From assembly GCF_001194135.2 (NCBI RefSeq), contig NC_068985.1, positions 30,655,715 to 30,719,714 on the forward strand: 64,000 bases of DNA, written 5' to 3'. The stretch is from Octopus bimaculoides (Eukaryota). Both the position numbers and the translations under genes were made by a program. The notes under the pieces were generated by a model. It ran no database searches. It saw nothing but the letters and a program-made list of their open reading frames with translations, and was not told where the DNA came from. Position 1 is the stretch's first letter. The number at the start of each line of letters is the position of its first letter. Of this stretch, positions 13,496 through 28,949 are shown piece after piece.

Positions 13496-14030
13496 ATCTA
13501 GAACCACACTGTTCAAAGCTTTCTTTCTCTCCGAAGATGGTAGGGTGCCAGGAGGGAAATTTTACGAGCAGTTGGAGATTGGCTCGAGTAAATAAAGGAA
13601 TATTTGTCTGATTTTTCTAACAGATCGAGCGACCACATAGAAGCCCCGGATTAAATAATTTTCTATATTTAGATTCGTTTCTTGCGTTTGAGTTTAAATT
13701 TCACCAGAGACGACTGTCGATTGTGCCTTTCACTTCTCTGAGATCAGTAGTTACCGATATTATAGAGAGTCGATTGCCTCTTACACTTACATATTTTTTT
13801 TTTTTAAATTTCTTGTTTTTTGTTTTTTTTTTGGTGGGGGATATACTGTCTTGCGCTCTGAAAAGTAATGAGCATATTATACTTCTGTTGACCGCGGTAA
13901 TTTCAGTTCTCTTGTGGAAAATACTGCAGAATTGTTTCTCATCAACCAATTCTTGCCTAAAGGAGAGAGAGCATGCAAGAACACAAGACGCTGGTTAAAA
14001 ATGCAATGTTTTCACTGCAAATAATGTAAT

Positions 14031-14505
14031 TGGTATTAATTTCAAATTTTGGCATAAGCCCAGCAATTTCAGGGAGGAGTAAGTCGGTTATATCGACCCC
14101 AGTGCTAATTGATACTTATTTTATCGACCCCAAAAGGATGAAAGACAAAGACGACCTTGGTGGAATTTGGACTCAGAACGTAAAGATGGGCGAAATGCCG
14201 CTAAACATTTTACCCAGCATGCTTACGATTCTGCCAGCTCCAGCTCCGCCTTAAATCAGAGATATTAATATTAGAGATGAAGTAAGGCGACAAACTGGCA
14301 GAATCGTTAGCACACTGAGCAAAATGCTTAGGGGCATTTTGTCCGTCTTTACGTACTAAGTTCAAATTCTGCCGATGTTGACTTTGCTTTTTATCCCTTT
14401 GAGGTTGATAAAATAAGTACCAATTAGCACGGGGTGGGGGCGATGTAACCGACTTACCCCGACTCTTAAAATTGCTGGCCTTGCGCCAAAATTTGAAACC
14501 ATTAT
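14031..14505. mobile_element. Divergent pair of SINE family M copies (14031-14253 minus, 14283-14505 plus)
   Basis: Mutually reverse-complementary copies separated by about 30 bp. Confidence 0.8.
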
Positions 14506-14575
14506 TAAAGATGAAGTACTGTTATTTAGCGTTTAATGATAGAGTGCCAACCTCAAAAGGTGAGAAATGAAATGA

Positions 14576-14612
<37 letters not shown>

Positions 14613-15149
14613 AGCGGATTCAAGGTTGACAATATATCCCTCAATACCAACACTTCCTAAAGAATATCATTTGGTTTGCACCTCCTCTTCTTCAAATGTC
14701 TGATATAGATAAAGCTTCTTGAGGTTAATGAATAAGTACTTCGTCACAACTCATAGACATAAGATATTGTACAATAGGCACATCCTTAAAGTTAGATTTA
14801 GCTGTACCATCTACCATGAAACAAATGTAGCACATAAGTCTACTGCATCCACGGATGCCTTTTGCTCATATTAGAACAGCTCTACATGCAGGCTGAATGG
14901 ATTCTGCAAAAGTCCATTATATACGAGATGGGGGTTAAACCTTTAGGATAAACCTATAGAAAAAAGTGTAGATAATACATTGCAAACACGAAAGCAAACG
15001 CAAGAAAGTCGATAGTTTCAAACAGAAAAAAATCAACAACTGAAATCATTCTTATATCAAAATAAATAAATAAATAAATAAATAAGTAAAAATTTAATCA
15101 ATATGACATAAATATTTGTATCAGACATGTATGATTTGACTTGTTAATG

Positions 15150-17160
<2,011 letters not shown>

Positions 17161-17234
17161 AACACCACTGATTACGTGTATTGAGAGAGAGTCAACCTAG
17201 TGGAACCCACCTTTCTCTCTCTCTCTCCTTCCCA

Positions 17235-17268
<34 letters not shown>

Positions 17269-18576
17269 TATCTATCTATCTGTCTATCAAACTTTACACA
17301 GACACAAACACGTGCGAGCATATACAGTCTGTCAGATACCGGCCATGATGAATACCACAAGGTATTGAAAATACGTATTCGCCTTTATATATTTAATCCT
17401 TTATATTGAACACTCAATATTTCATACACTCAATAAGACATATTCCATATATTCAATAAGACATTCAATACTTCATTTCATTGTACCATCCATTTTTATA
17501 TTATATATTATATATTCCATATTCTATATCCCACATTAATTTTACAAGAATATAAATAAAACATAAAAAACAGACAGAGTTGGAACTCTTTTAAATAAAA
17601 TAATATATTCCTCTATACACGATCATAGAAAACCCTTTTTTGTNNNNNNNNNNNNNNNNNNNNNNNNNNNNNNNNNNNNNNNNNNNNNNNNNNNNNNNNN
17701 NNNNNNNNNNNNNNNNNNNNNNNNNNNNNNNNNNNNNNNNNNNNNNNNNNNNNNNNNNNNNNNNNNNNNNNNNNNNNNNNNNNNNNNNNNNNNNNNNNNN
17801 NNNNNNNNNNNNNNNNNNNNNNNNNNNNNNNNNNNNNNNNNNNNNNNNNNNNNNNNNNNNNNNNNNNNNNNNNNNNCGGTTTGGATGATGTGGCTGTAAA
17901 ACTTGCTCTGCATAAGCATTCGACTTGTTTGGGCACGCTTACGTTAAAATCAATTTTAGAATTACTTTTTTCTGTCAGAACGCTAAAAATAATTGACCAA
18001 CAAAAAAAAAACCAACCAAGATTCAACCAAATTAAAAAATAATCTCAAATACTAAGCGAGCAAAGATGAACTATCTCACTTCCATTGCGCGCACACATGC
18101 ACACAAACACACACACACGCACACGCACGCACACATACACACACACACACATACCCCCCCTTTTACATACACACATATTCACACAGAGTTGAAACGCTGT
18201 TTGATTTATTTTCTTCAGTGTACAATTTTCATCATCCCACTACCAAGTATGACATCCCCCCTTCCTTCCTTATTCATCTATCACCCCTTCCTTTCTCGTT
18301 CATAAACACAAGAGTATTATTATAGTAGATTATCTCGGTAACCATGAAAAAAAAATAGAAAGCCCAGCAACACCACCGGACCATTCTACACATCTGTGCA
18401 ATTTTTCGCACAATTCCAAGACAAGAAAGAATCACCCATGTCAAATTTATATGTATAGATATATATTCAGGTTGCCCCTAAAAAGGTGAATATACACATT
18501 GATTGATTATAAAGGTAGTGTCTATTAAAATACATTCATTTTGAAAATATAATAGAATCTACAAGCAGAATTTAAT

Positions 18577-19295
18577 TTTTTGGTTGATTATAATGTTGGG
18601 CTCTTTCGTAGAATTGTGTGTTGCATGCCTGTGGTTCTTGAAATGGTGTGGTGGGTCCCTGTGGGTGTTTTGGGGTTGGTTAAGGTAGTGTGGAGTGCGT
18701 TTTAAATGTCTTTCTCTGGTAGGGAGTATATTTCGATTTCTTGGTGGTTGTTCCATTGTGTTGATATGTGGGTTTGTTTTTCTTAATTTTATGAAGGGGT
18801 TGTTGGACATGTGTTCAGTTTTGAAGTTGGTTTCATAATCCAAGAACCAGTTGGCGCTCTTTTCCCATCGCTGGAGGGACTTTAGTTCCTCTTTTTCACA
18901 TTCTTCTTTCCATAGTTTAAGTAATGTTTCAGTATCGATGCCATCTGTTAGTTTGTTGACGTCTTCATTGATTTCTTCATCTATGGTTTTTACTTTTTCT
19001 TCATTTGTCTTAGCTCTCAATTTTAGTAGTTCAATTTCCATCTTCATTTTTTCTAATGACATTTTTTCTCTAAGTCTTCTTTGTGCTTCTGGTTCTTCCA
19101 GGATGGGTTTTATTTGTAATTTGCGGGGTATGATTAGGGGTGTCGAGTTTAGCCACTTTTGGTAAGTCTCTGCTTTATTCTGATTTTGTATCATTTTCTA
19201 AAATGCGTATTTTCTGTTTCGCAGTAGTTTTCTCCATTGTGGTAAGACTTGGTTTCTTATTTGTAATGTTGATGTTATTGCGTTCCTCCCATGTG
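18577..19295 (-). mobile_element. Penelope-like element N-terminal region, inverted (ORF 18559-19194)
   Basis: ..WRKLLRNRKYAF..KAETYQKWL..IPRKLQIK..SLEKMKMEIELL..LWKEEC resembles the helical N-terminal extension of PLE ORFs (recalled similarity). Confidence 0.55.
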
Positions 19296-19940
19296 TTCCT
19301 CAAATAAAAACCTTACACCCAATGAAATAAGCATAGTATCCAAAGGACTTAAATTTACCCCAACCCCACAACGTCTAAATTACTATGAAATGAAAGACGA
19401 AATTTCGGAATTTTGTAGGAAATTGAGACTTGCCGAGGAATTTCATGGCAAAGACATGGATGACGAATCTATAGCTAGAAACAACAGCGACTACATCCCA
19501 CCAAGGGAAAGAATAAAGCCTTAGACCGCTTTTGTGATCACATAACCAATTTCCCTTTTCAACTCACAAACAGGCAAAAATACAGACCAAACTTCAACAA
19601 AAGAGAATGGAACGACCTCGTCAAACTAAGAGAAGATAAAACCATAACGATCAAGGAGGCAGATAAAGGCAATACGGTAGTTCTAATGAACACAAATGAT
19701 TATAAAAATTTAGTACTATCCCTATTAGAAGATGAGACATACTACGAAAGAGCCCAACATTATAATCAACCAAAAATAATGAATAACCTCAGTACATTAC
19801 TCAACTCATACCGAGAAGGGCTCACAGACAAGGAGTACGATTACATCACCAGCTTCAAGTGCAAATCAAGTTTATTCTACGGTATCCCTAAAGTCCACAA
19901 AAGCAAAGTAATTAGTGAAGCATGTAAAAAATATCTCTGA
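19296..19940 (+). mobile_element. Penelope-like element pre-RT/RT N-terminal fragment (disrupted; runs into an N-gap)
   Basis: SKGLKFTPTP, IKEADKGNTVVLM and FYGIPKVHK motifs typical of PLE reverse transcriptases. Confidence 0.85.
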
Positions 19941-20129
19941 CAAAATTGTAAATTAAAATTCNNNNNNNNNNNNNNNNNNNNNNNNNNNNNNNNNNNNNNN
20001 NNNNNNNNNNNNNNNNNNNNNNNNNNNNNNNNNNNNNNNTAAATTTTAAAAAACGAAGAACAAACACAAGAAAAAAACAACAACGCGAGGACGTGGTACA
20101 TGCAAAGTACTATCAGACGCTTAAAGGTG

Positions 20130-20164
20130 GTTTTACGTTTCGAGCAAAGCTCTTCGTCAGAAAC
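20130..20164 (-). ncRNA. Minimal type I hammerhead ribozyme motif
   Basis: Minus strand GUUU-CUGACGA-A-GAGC(UUU)GCUC-GAAA-C-GUA-AAAC: 4-bp stem I, 4-bp stem II, palindromic stem III, GUA cleavage triplet. Confidence 0.7.
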
Positions 20165-20387
20165 AGGAGACAGAAGAAAGTCCAAGAGAAAAGGAAGGCG
20201 GAGGAAAAAAATCGCCAACGATTCATTCTCAGAATTTTCATATCATAAACAGAATTAGGGACTACTTCCCTTATGCCCGAAGCAGTCCACATGTTGAGTT
20301 GGGTCAACATGTTGGGTCTGATAAAAAAAAAAAAAAAGAACTGAGTCTTTGCGTGATTCTGTAATTAATGATAACAAATTGATACTC

Positions 20388-20439
<52 letters not shown>

Positions 20440-20642
20440 CGCGCGAAAATCGATGGTTTCAAACAGGAAAAGTCAGCAAGTGAAGTTATTCTTGCATTAA
20501 AAGAAAAAATATAAAGAACAAATAAAGAGGAAAACAATTAGTTTTAAATCTACGTTGGCAAATAGATTTTACTCCAAACAATGAATAATTTATTCAATAT
20601 TACACAGATATATTTAGCAGGTATGCATAAGATTTATTAATC

Positions 20643-21880
20643 TTCTGTGACCAATCGGAAAATTTTCATCTGTTTAACCTCGGATTTAGAAACGCCTATG
20701 ATTTTCTTTTCAATAATGTTTATGGCCATGAATGTGTCCATATGGCCATGAAAGAAAAGCTATCTGAAGTTGAAACTACAGCTTTTCCTTAGTTGTAATG
20801 GCAAATACGAACTAATGAACATACATATATATATGTGTGTGTGTGTGTGTGTGTTTGCATATTTCTACCTCTGTAAGTGCGTACTTGCGTATGTATGTAT
20901 GTATGTATGTATATGATATGGATTCAGAGAATCGCGCGGCTATCAAAGTAAACTCCTTTTACGGACCAGGCTATCAGTCCGTAAGCCGACTGTAGTGTTC
21001 ATTTCCGTATGCTTCTTGCACACTGAAATTAATTCCATATAAAGAAGGTTGCGAAACGGCCGTATCCCTATTAAAATCAAGTGGTTAAATGAATATATAT
21101 ATTCACCTCTTAAACCTCCTGGTTAAGCTTTTATATATGTATAAATTTATGAATGTATGAATTAAAAAAAATGAATTAAATTATGCATTGATTTCGGCGT
21201 TGAGTATTCAAGTTGTTCTATCAAATGAACTACATACTCATTGTAGTAGTGTGTGAGCAGTTGGGTATTTCACAGACAAGGCCAAATTATTATAAACTCA
21301 TTCAGTTTAACAGAAATATCAGTGTCGAGTGTCTATGATTTCATATACTAATCATCTGTAACTAATTGTAGTATTTTCAACATTTTCATCTAACATCCGA
21401 AAAAGAAACGCCTATCATTTTCACTTCCCTGTTGAATGTGGCCTCAGAATATTGACTTTTGCTTTCGTAAGATAAAAATCAATTTAGAGGTGACAAACCA
21501 AACGTAAATCCAAGGTTAGAATTATCATAAAACATTCTCGGTCACGGCCATTGAAGAACTGTACTTATTAAGCACAACAGTTGAGTGGTTTAAGAGTGAA
21601 TTATTATTAAATTTACAGTTCCTATGGACTGAATCACTAGAAAATTATAGTATGGCTTATGACAATCAATCACGAATGACGAGCTGTATTGTACTTTGTA
21701 CAACGAAACATACATAGTGTTATTTGTGTGATGTTATGAATCACGTAGTGTTGTGATATTGTACTTGTGTAGAGAAGTATCTAGTGACATGGTTGATATC
21801 GAAACTAATGAACCATATTGGTGTCATGAAGATGGCACATTACTAAATTATAGATCGCAAACGTGGTGAATCATATAGCT
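20643..21880. repeat. Copy 2 of the local duplication
   Basis: See copy 1; shares CTGTGAC.AATCGG..GAAACGCCTATGATTTTC and CGTTGAGTATTCAAGTTGTT.. Confidence 0.75.
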
Positions 21881-22559
21881 TATTAGGTCGTAAAACATTG
21901 CTGATTATTTCGTATTTCTCCCGTATATTAAGAAAAAGTCAACGTAATGAAGCCCATCTTGTTTCTCTATTCCACTCAAGTACTGGGGCAGATTCTACTC
22001 TCTTTGTTCCTCATTATGCGTCTCTCCTTCCCACCCTCTCTCTCCCCCTCTCTCACACACATACATGCATACATTTTTGAAAATGCATACTAATTGTGCC
22101 CAGTACAATTGTTATTGCATCACCCATATTCTTCAGGTTGACAGTGTACGAAAAAGCACGGTAGAAGCACGAGATTATGTTAGATAATTCCAAAGAATGT
22201 GAAAATGTTTGAAAGACGATAACTCGCGTTTTCAGATAATCAGATGAAGTCTCTTGGATTATCTGTTGTGTCAATAAAGGGGATTTAGAAGAAAAAAATT
22301 AAAGAATATGTTAAATAATCTAAGAAAAAGTGTTCATAAGTCAGGTATTTAGAAAGACCTGTTGAGTCCCTCGTAATGGTCGATGTTCTTATAGAAAGGT
22401 TTAGTGAAAATGAGATAGAAGCAGACATTCACACGCATACACTTATATACATATATACGCGCATTCATTTTTATATGCTTACCTTACAAAGTTGATTGGA
22501 TATGCAAAATCATCATCCATTATGTAAAAATGGAGAAGCATGTGAAGGAGGTAAAATGA

Positions 22560-23500
22560 TAAAATCTAGAATGTTTTGGAAGTTAGCCTGATGATTGTAG
22601 AATATTCCACTGCGATAAAATACCCTTGTAGGGACATTTTGAATATATTAATGATGGTCAGGCAATTCTCGGGGGTCTTTAAGTCTTTATAAGATGTTTG
22701 TTTCTTGTTGTGCAAAGCCCGTATTTCCTGATCCGTTGACGTATGACTTCGCTCTTTCAAATACCTTCTACTTGATGCTGTAGTCAATGTTCCGCTTTTT
22801 CAGTACTCAAATGGTGTTGGCTAGTGTCGTGGTTGGTTTTTGTCGGTGTGTCTGAAGATCTAGAAGTTTTCATTTGGAACAACATGACGAAGCTTAAGTA
22901 TCTCTGTATAAATTACTCTGCCATGTTATATGGCATTGTGGAATAACAATAGCTGTAGCAATCTTCACCCCATCTATTCCATTTAGCAGAGAGGAACTAT
23001 TATGTTCAACAGAATTGGGCAGGCTTAGCGAATATGGCCATATTCGTACGATCTACATATAACTGAGCTTAGGAAGACTCTGGAGTGGATGGTTGAAAAA
23101 CATGAAGAAATGGACAGGAAGGACGTTTGTGGAAAACTTAAAGTTGTTTGATACCCGTAAAATTTGTGGGGTACAGCTGTGTCTCTTGTTGTGCTCCTAC
23201 GACCCTTTCAGGCTAAGGAATCTTATTAATTGACCGGTAATGTAGGAAACTGATGATTCTTTGAGTTTTAATAAAACGGCAGGTAGCTGGAGTGGTAAGT
23301 CCTAAAATTTCTTTCTGTTTACCGATTGAGCCTTAAGTTATTCACTTTTACCATGTCAGGGATTACAAATTCTCGTCCGAGTATTTTGCTGGATGCGACT
23401 CAGTGTCATTGAAAAAGTCGAAAAAGGCCGAAATGCCATCTTTCTGGCCGCTGCTGGGACGAGTGTTCGTCTCTTTGATATTTATTGTTTTTAACATAGC
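22560..23500 (-). mobile_element. Possible highly decayed PLE C-terminal (GIY-YIG region) relic
   Basis: Minus-strand ..EKRNIDYSIK*KVFERAKSYVNGS.. resembles PLE C-termini; heavily interrupted. Confidence 0.3.
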
Positions 23501-25590
23501 CAGTCCAATTATCTCAAGAAAAATACTGCAGATCTAACCTATCAACAGTGTGTATATACTAAGTATGATACGTAGATGGATACTCCTTCATAGATTATTG
23601 CAATGTCTTAAATTCTGTGAACTCCATTTGCTGACACTCGGAAAAGGTGCCGATGAAAGGGAACTAGATGGACCGAATCGCCTTGTGTTTCGGTGATTAC
23701 TAAATATTATCTTCCTTTGTTGAACAGTCGAAACGTGGTTCGTGCATCCCAGAGAAAAAAATTAAGTTTGTTTCGTTTAGTGAATTGTTTGAAACTACTA
23801 AAAGTTGCAGCTGTCGAGTAATTAGAAATGACTGTTCGTTGTTTTAAACTATTGAAATGCATTCTTAACAGTGTGTGATTAGCTCTTTGATTCATCTCAC
23901 ACAAGTAAAAATAATTTATTCAGTAGACTGTCAAGACGCTATGATCATACTTTATCTAACCAAAACTTCATACATTTTTCTTTTCTTTTTGTACATCAGT
24001 TTATCATGTACAAGTGTAAGAACATGAAAGTTATAGAAATGGAAATGAAGCTACGTGACATACGTCTTTCAAGCACGTATTAGAGACATAAGTGGGACAC
24101 AATGGTTTCAACCTGAAAATCAAAACCAGTACTAATCTAAATAGCTCATCATTTTTGTACAGTACTTCTCTTCCACACTTGCTTTTAGTTCAAATATTGA
24201 GCGGACCTTATGAATTTTAATCTTTTGAGACTGATGAGATAAGATATATATTATGGTAGTGACAATATCGAGCATGACTCCTTCCTTAAAAACAGAATCC
24301 TTTGCCTTTGTTAATTACTAAAGTGAAAAATGAAGGAGACATAGATTCACTATGCTACATTGCAAATGAACTTAATGAACCTTGTTAATTGTTACCATTA
24401 CCAGTTTCCTTGGATTCTGGAGCTTACCTGTATTAGTTGGGTTATGCATTTATATGTGTGTGTAAGTATATATATCATCTTATAAAAGAGAAGCCGATCT
24501 CTGTGTCTGTCACTTATTTTTACAAATGGAGTAGAAAAGTTGTTGAGAGAGAGAGAGAGAGAGAGTGTGTGTGTGTGTGTGCGTGACTGATAGATAGATA
24601 GTAGTGTTGTCACTATAGTAACTAACAAGTTTGATTAAAAACAGGAATTCAACACAACACAATACAGACTTCAAATTAGTTAAGTGGGGGGCGGTTATGT
24701 GTGTGTCTTTCAAGATACAGACACTACAATACAGACTAAAAAAACATTTTCAAAGGTACATGCATAATTAATAAATATTTTTAACGGCACTATAGCGACG
24801 GGAAATGACCCAGTATATATCATTTTATCTAGTTTCAGCTCATGAGCTGTGGCACCGCCATTATATAATTTTTATACTATCCTTATACATGACTTGCAAC
24901 TTCTTTACATTCTTATAAAAACTGGTATGACTACGCATATATAAGTTGCTTAAGCATTTGGGTTACGATAACTTTATGTAGTGTACTTTGCCTAACAGAT
25001 TTCAATGAGCCCCTGATCCCTCTCCAAGTTGAACACTTATTAATTTCAGTGCTACAACTGCTTTAAATAGTATTGGATTAAATATGAATCACAGATCTCT
25101 TCGCTGGATGTTTCATTATATTAACAACTTTCATCATTAATAGCTTTCAGAGATAATAAATGTATATGAAGCAAAAAAAAAAAAGATTATGCCATCACTA
25201 TCTTCAGCTTTGTTACAAAAATATAACTGTATCATTAAAAAGATTGCTTTGTAACCATCTGGTTCTTGGTTCAATCAAGCTTGGAAAACCTTGAAAAATT
25301 ATTCTCCTATAACCTCTGGGGGCCAATACATCGTTTTAACTTGCACTTTTTTTCATAGTCATGGGTCGGCTGGAATTTGTTGACTCAGATTTTCTACAGC
25401 TGAATGCCCTTCTTGTTACCAACCCTTACCTGTTTAGGGTTAGGGTTACCTGTTTCTTAGTAAAGTAACATTTCTTCATGGCTAGACAGATTTCCATGAA
25501 AAACTGGAAACAAACGGCCACAGCTTGTATGATGGTGACACTTCTTTACAACTATCATACGATGTCAAGACAAGGAAACGCTAACAGTAC

Positions 25591-25645
<55 letters not shown>

Positions 25646-25865
25646 TTATCATCATCATTTAACGTCTGTTATTCATGCTGGCATGGGTTGGACGGTTTGA
25701 CTGGGCTGGCATGCTGGAAGGCTGCGTCAAGCTCAGTCTGATTTGACATAGTTTTCTACGGCTGGATGACCTTCCTAATGCCAATCCCTCTGAGAGTGTA
25801 ATGGGTGCTTTTACGTGCCACCGGTATCTGTCACGACTGCTACATTCCTTGGCTTGATGGGTCTT

Positions 25866-26203
25866 ATTTACAATTGACGGATATTTGACCTCATCTTGTT
25901 TGTTGTTAATACACCGTTTTGGCTGATATAACAGCAATAACGGGCATATGGCGTAGTGGTTAAGAGCGCGGGCTACTAACACCAAGATTCCGAGTTCGAT
26001 TCCAGACAGTGACCTGAATAACAACAACATCGAAAAATACTTTAAGAATGAGAACCCAGGTTCGAAATTTCCCCAAGATACCTGATGAAGGCCGGAGGAT
26101 ATATCAGCCGAAACGTTGTGTTAACAACAAACAAGATGAGGACAAATATCCGTCAATTGTAAATAATGTACATAATTCCTCATCTCTTAAATATAGAACT
26201 GTA
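25866..26203 (+). mobile_element. tRNA-headed, hammerhead-containing short element with a 5' inverted duplication
   Basis: 12-bp TSD TTGATGGGTCTT (25854-25865 and 26204-26215); A box 25949-25959; B box 25992-26003; CTGATGA..GAAA core 26082-26113; 25866-25930 is an inverted copy of about 26099-26164. Confidence 0.8.
26076..26122 (+). ncRNA. Minimal type I hammerhead ribozyme motif
   Basis: GAUAC-CUGAUGA-A-GGCCG..CAGCC-GAAA-C-GUU-GUGUU; stem I with G-U pairs; one C-A mismatch in stem II; GUU triplet. Confidence 0.6.
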
Positions 26204-28949
26204 TTGATGGGTCTTCTTCTCAAGCACGACATAATGCCAAAGGTCTTGGTCATTGCCTCTGTGAGGCCGAACACTCGAAAGGAACTCAGCCACTTCGCCT
26301 CCGTGAGACCCAACGTTCAAAGGTTGATCTTTTACGTGCCACCAGCACGGGTGCAATTGGCTTGACGGGTCTTCTTAAGCAGAGCGCATGGTCAAAGGTC
26401 TCGGTCACTAGTCATTGCCTCTGTGAGGTTCAATGTTCGAAGATCACGCTTCACCACTCCGTCCCATGTCTTCCTGGGGCTACCTCTACCACAGGTTCCC
26501 TCCACAGTTCGTGATCAGCATTTCTTTACACAGCTGTCCTCGACCATACGCATCACATGACCATACCAGCGCAGTCATCTCTCTTGGACACCACATCTGA
26601 TTCCTCTTATGCCTAACTTTTCTCTTAAGATGCTTACACTCTGTCGAACACTGTCATTGCACATCCAGCGAAGCATACTGCTTTCATTTCTCTCAAGCCT
26701 ACACGTCCTTGGCTGTTATAGCCCATGTTTCACTGCTATGCAGCATAACTGCTCACACACAGGCACCAAACAATCTGCCTTTCACTCTCAGAAAGGCCCT
26801 TTGTTACCAGCAGGGATAGGACCTCTCTGAACTTTTCCCAACCTAATCTTATTCTCACAGATACGCTCTCGGAACAACCACCTCCACAACTAATCTGGTC
26901 GCCTACATACCGGAAGCTAACTACTACCTCTAGCTTGTTTCCAGTGGTAGTTGATGGAGTCTATTTTCCACACATGTTCAGCATTTATTATTCCTGTGCA
27001 CCTTCCACATACAAAAGTTAGTTTCTCTGTTTACCTTCCTTTGATGTTGCTGCACCTTTTGTGTGTCCAAAGTTTATACTGGGTGCATCTTATGGAGTTT
27101 CTACCTACACCTTTTCTACAGATTGAGCAAGGCCATCTACCTGAGATTTGTGATTTGTGAGCCTTCCTACTTACTATGACTTTGAATTTTGCTAGGTTGA
27201 CTCTAAGGCCCTTTGATTCTAGACCTTGTTTCCATACCTGGAACTTCTCTAGCTCAGGTAGTGATTCAGCTATAAAAGCAAGGTCATCTGCTTAGAGGAG
27301 CTCCCAGAAGCAGCCTGTCTTGAATTCCTGTTATTGCCTGGTGCACTACGATGAATAAGAGGGGGCTGAACACCGACCCTTGGTGAACCCCTATAGCACC
27401 TTGAATTCGTTGCCCACCCTCACCTTACTGGTAGCGTCCCTGTACAAGGCTTGTACAGCTCTCACCAACCACTCGTCTATCACTAGTTTCCGCATTGACC
27501 ACCAGATCGTGGATAGGGGACTGTCAAAAGCTTTCTCCAAGTCAACAAAAGCCAAGTGCAGAGGTTTATCTTTGGCTAGATATTTTTCCTGCAGTTGCCT
27601 TACCAGAAATATAGCATCAGTGGTGCTGCTGCCTGGCACAAACCCAAACTGCATCTCATCTAGACTAACCCTGCCCCTGATTAGTTTGGCTATGACTCTC
27701 TCCGTAACTTTCATCACCTGATCCAACAATTTGATACCTCTGTAATTATTTCTATCTAAGGCATCACCTTTACCTTTGTAGAATTTGACTATGGTGCTGC
27801 TACACCTGTCATTGAGTATGACTCCTTCATGAACCACCTGATTTACAATACGGGTGACTAGACCATAAACCACACCACCAGATATTTTAAGCATCTCAGC
27901 AGTGATTCCTGATGGGCCAGGGGCTTTCCCTGTCTTCATATCCTTAATTGCTTTATCTACCAGGGCACTGTCAATTCGGATAGCTGGTCCCTCAGTTGCA
28001 TCAACATTTGGCAGACTCTCCTTCCATTCATTCTCCATGTTCAGCAGTCTTTCATAATGGCATCTCCAAGCCTCTTTCTTTGCAGACTCATAAAAAGCAA
28101 GTGCACCATCATCCATGCAGACACATTTCTTTCCTATGGCATCACAATTTTCTCTCACACACCGTCTTGCAATCTGAAATACTTCAGTTTGTTGGTCCTC
28201 ACAGCACTGAACATAGGCAACTTCATCTTTTCTGCTACTCCCTTGGCTAGATATACCTGTCTCCTAGCTTCCTTTTTGGCTATCTGATAGTTTCCTGCTG
28301 CCCCCACTCTTCCAGGCCTGTTTCTTTTCTCTAATGGACCTGTTTATGGTGTTGTTCCACCACCACATTACCCTAGGTCTGGAAGGGACTTTGCACCAGC
28401 CACAGATTTGGTCTGTGGTAGTCAGCAAGCTATCTCGCAGGAATTCCCAGTTGCCCTCTATGTCACAAGTTTGTAGCTGCTCCTTCTCATCAAATTTCTC
28501 AATAAGGATGTCCCTAAATCTCTGACCATACAAAGGGTCCTTAAGCTTCCAGATTCTTCTTTTCCACATTGGTCTGCTTCTTGGCATCAGTCTGGCCTGG
28601 AGTCTAAAGTCACTAACAACTAGTCTATGTTGGGGGTGGGGGGTTACATTCTTTACCAGAAAGAGTCTTTGCATTTAGGAGCAACCATGCATCCTGCTGT
28701 CTGGTGAGAATGAAATCTATCTGGCTAGCAGAGTCACCTGATTGATAGGTTATCAGGTGGCTGGCTGGCTGGCTTCCTGAAGTTGGTGTTGCAGATCAAA
28801 AGGTTATTCCCATCACAGAACTCCAGTAGCCTTGTTCCCTATTCATGTTGGGAACCGATTCAATGGAACCTATTGTTGATACTGAGCTGCCATCCAACAT
28901 GCCCATTGAAATCCCCAGCCATGAAGATGAGATCATTGTCATTTGTCTT

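Larger units (their letters stand above)
25660..28935 (-). mobile_element. 5'-truncated RTE-clade LINE (APE C-terminus, RT, 3' tail ending in (GAT)n)
   Basis: GDFNGHVG, SQIDFIL, QHRLVVSDF, GKAPGPSGITAEMLK, NYRGIKLL, QFGFVPG, AFVDLEKAFD, ELL*ADDL; tail ..GACGTTAAATGATGATG; contains the 25866-26203 insert. Confidence 0.92.

Noticed and set aside
20916-20993. Short ORF MDSENRAAIKVNSFYGPGYQSVSRL with a nearby GTAAG
   Set aside because: No recognisable homology or partner exons; lies within the duplicated repeat block.
25941-26005. tRNA gene (likewise 131-200)
   Set aside because: A/B boxes are present but acceptor and anticodon stems are not intact, and SINE bodies follow.
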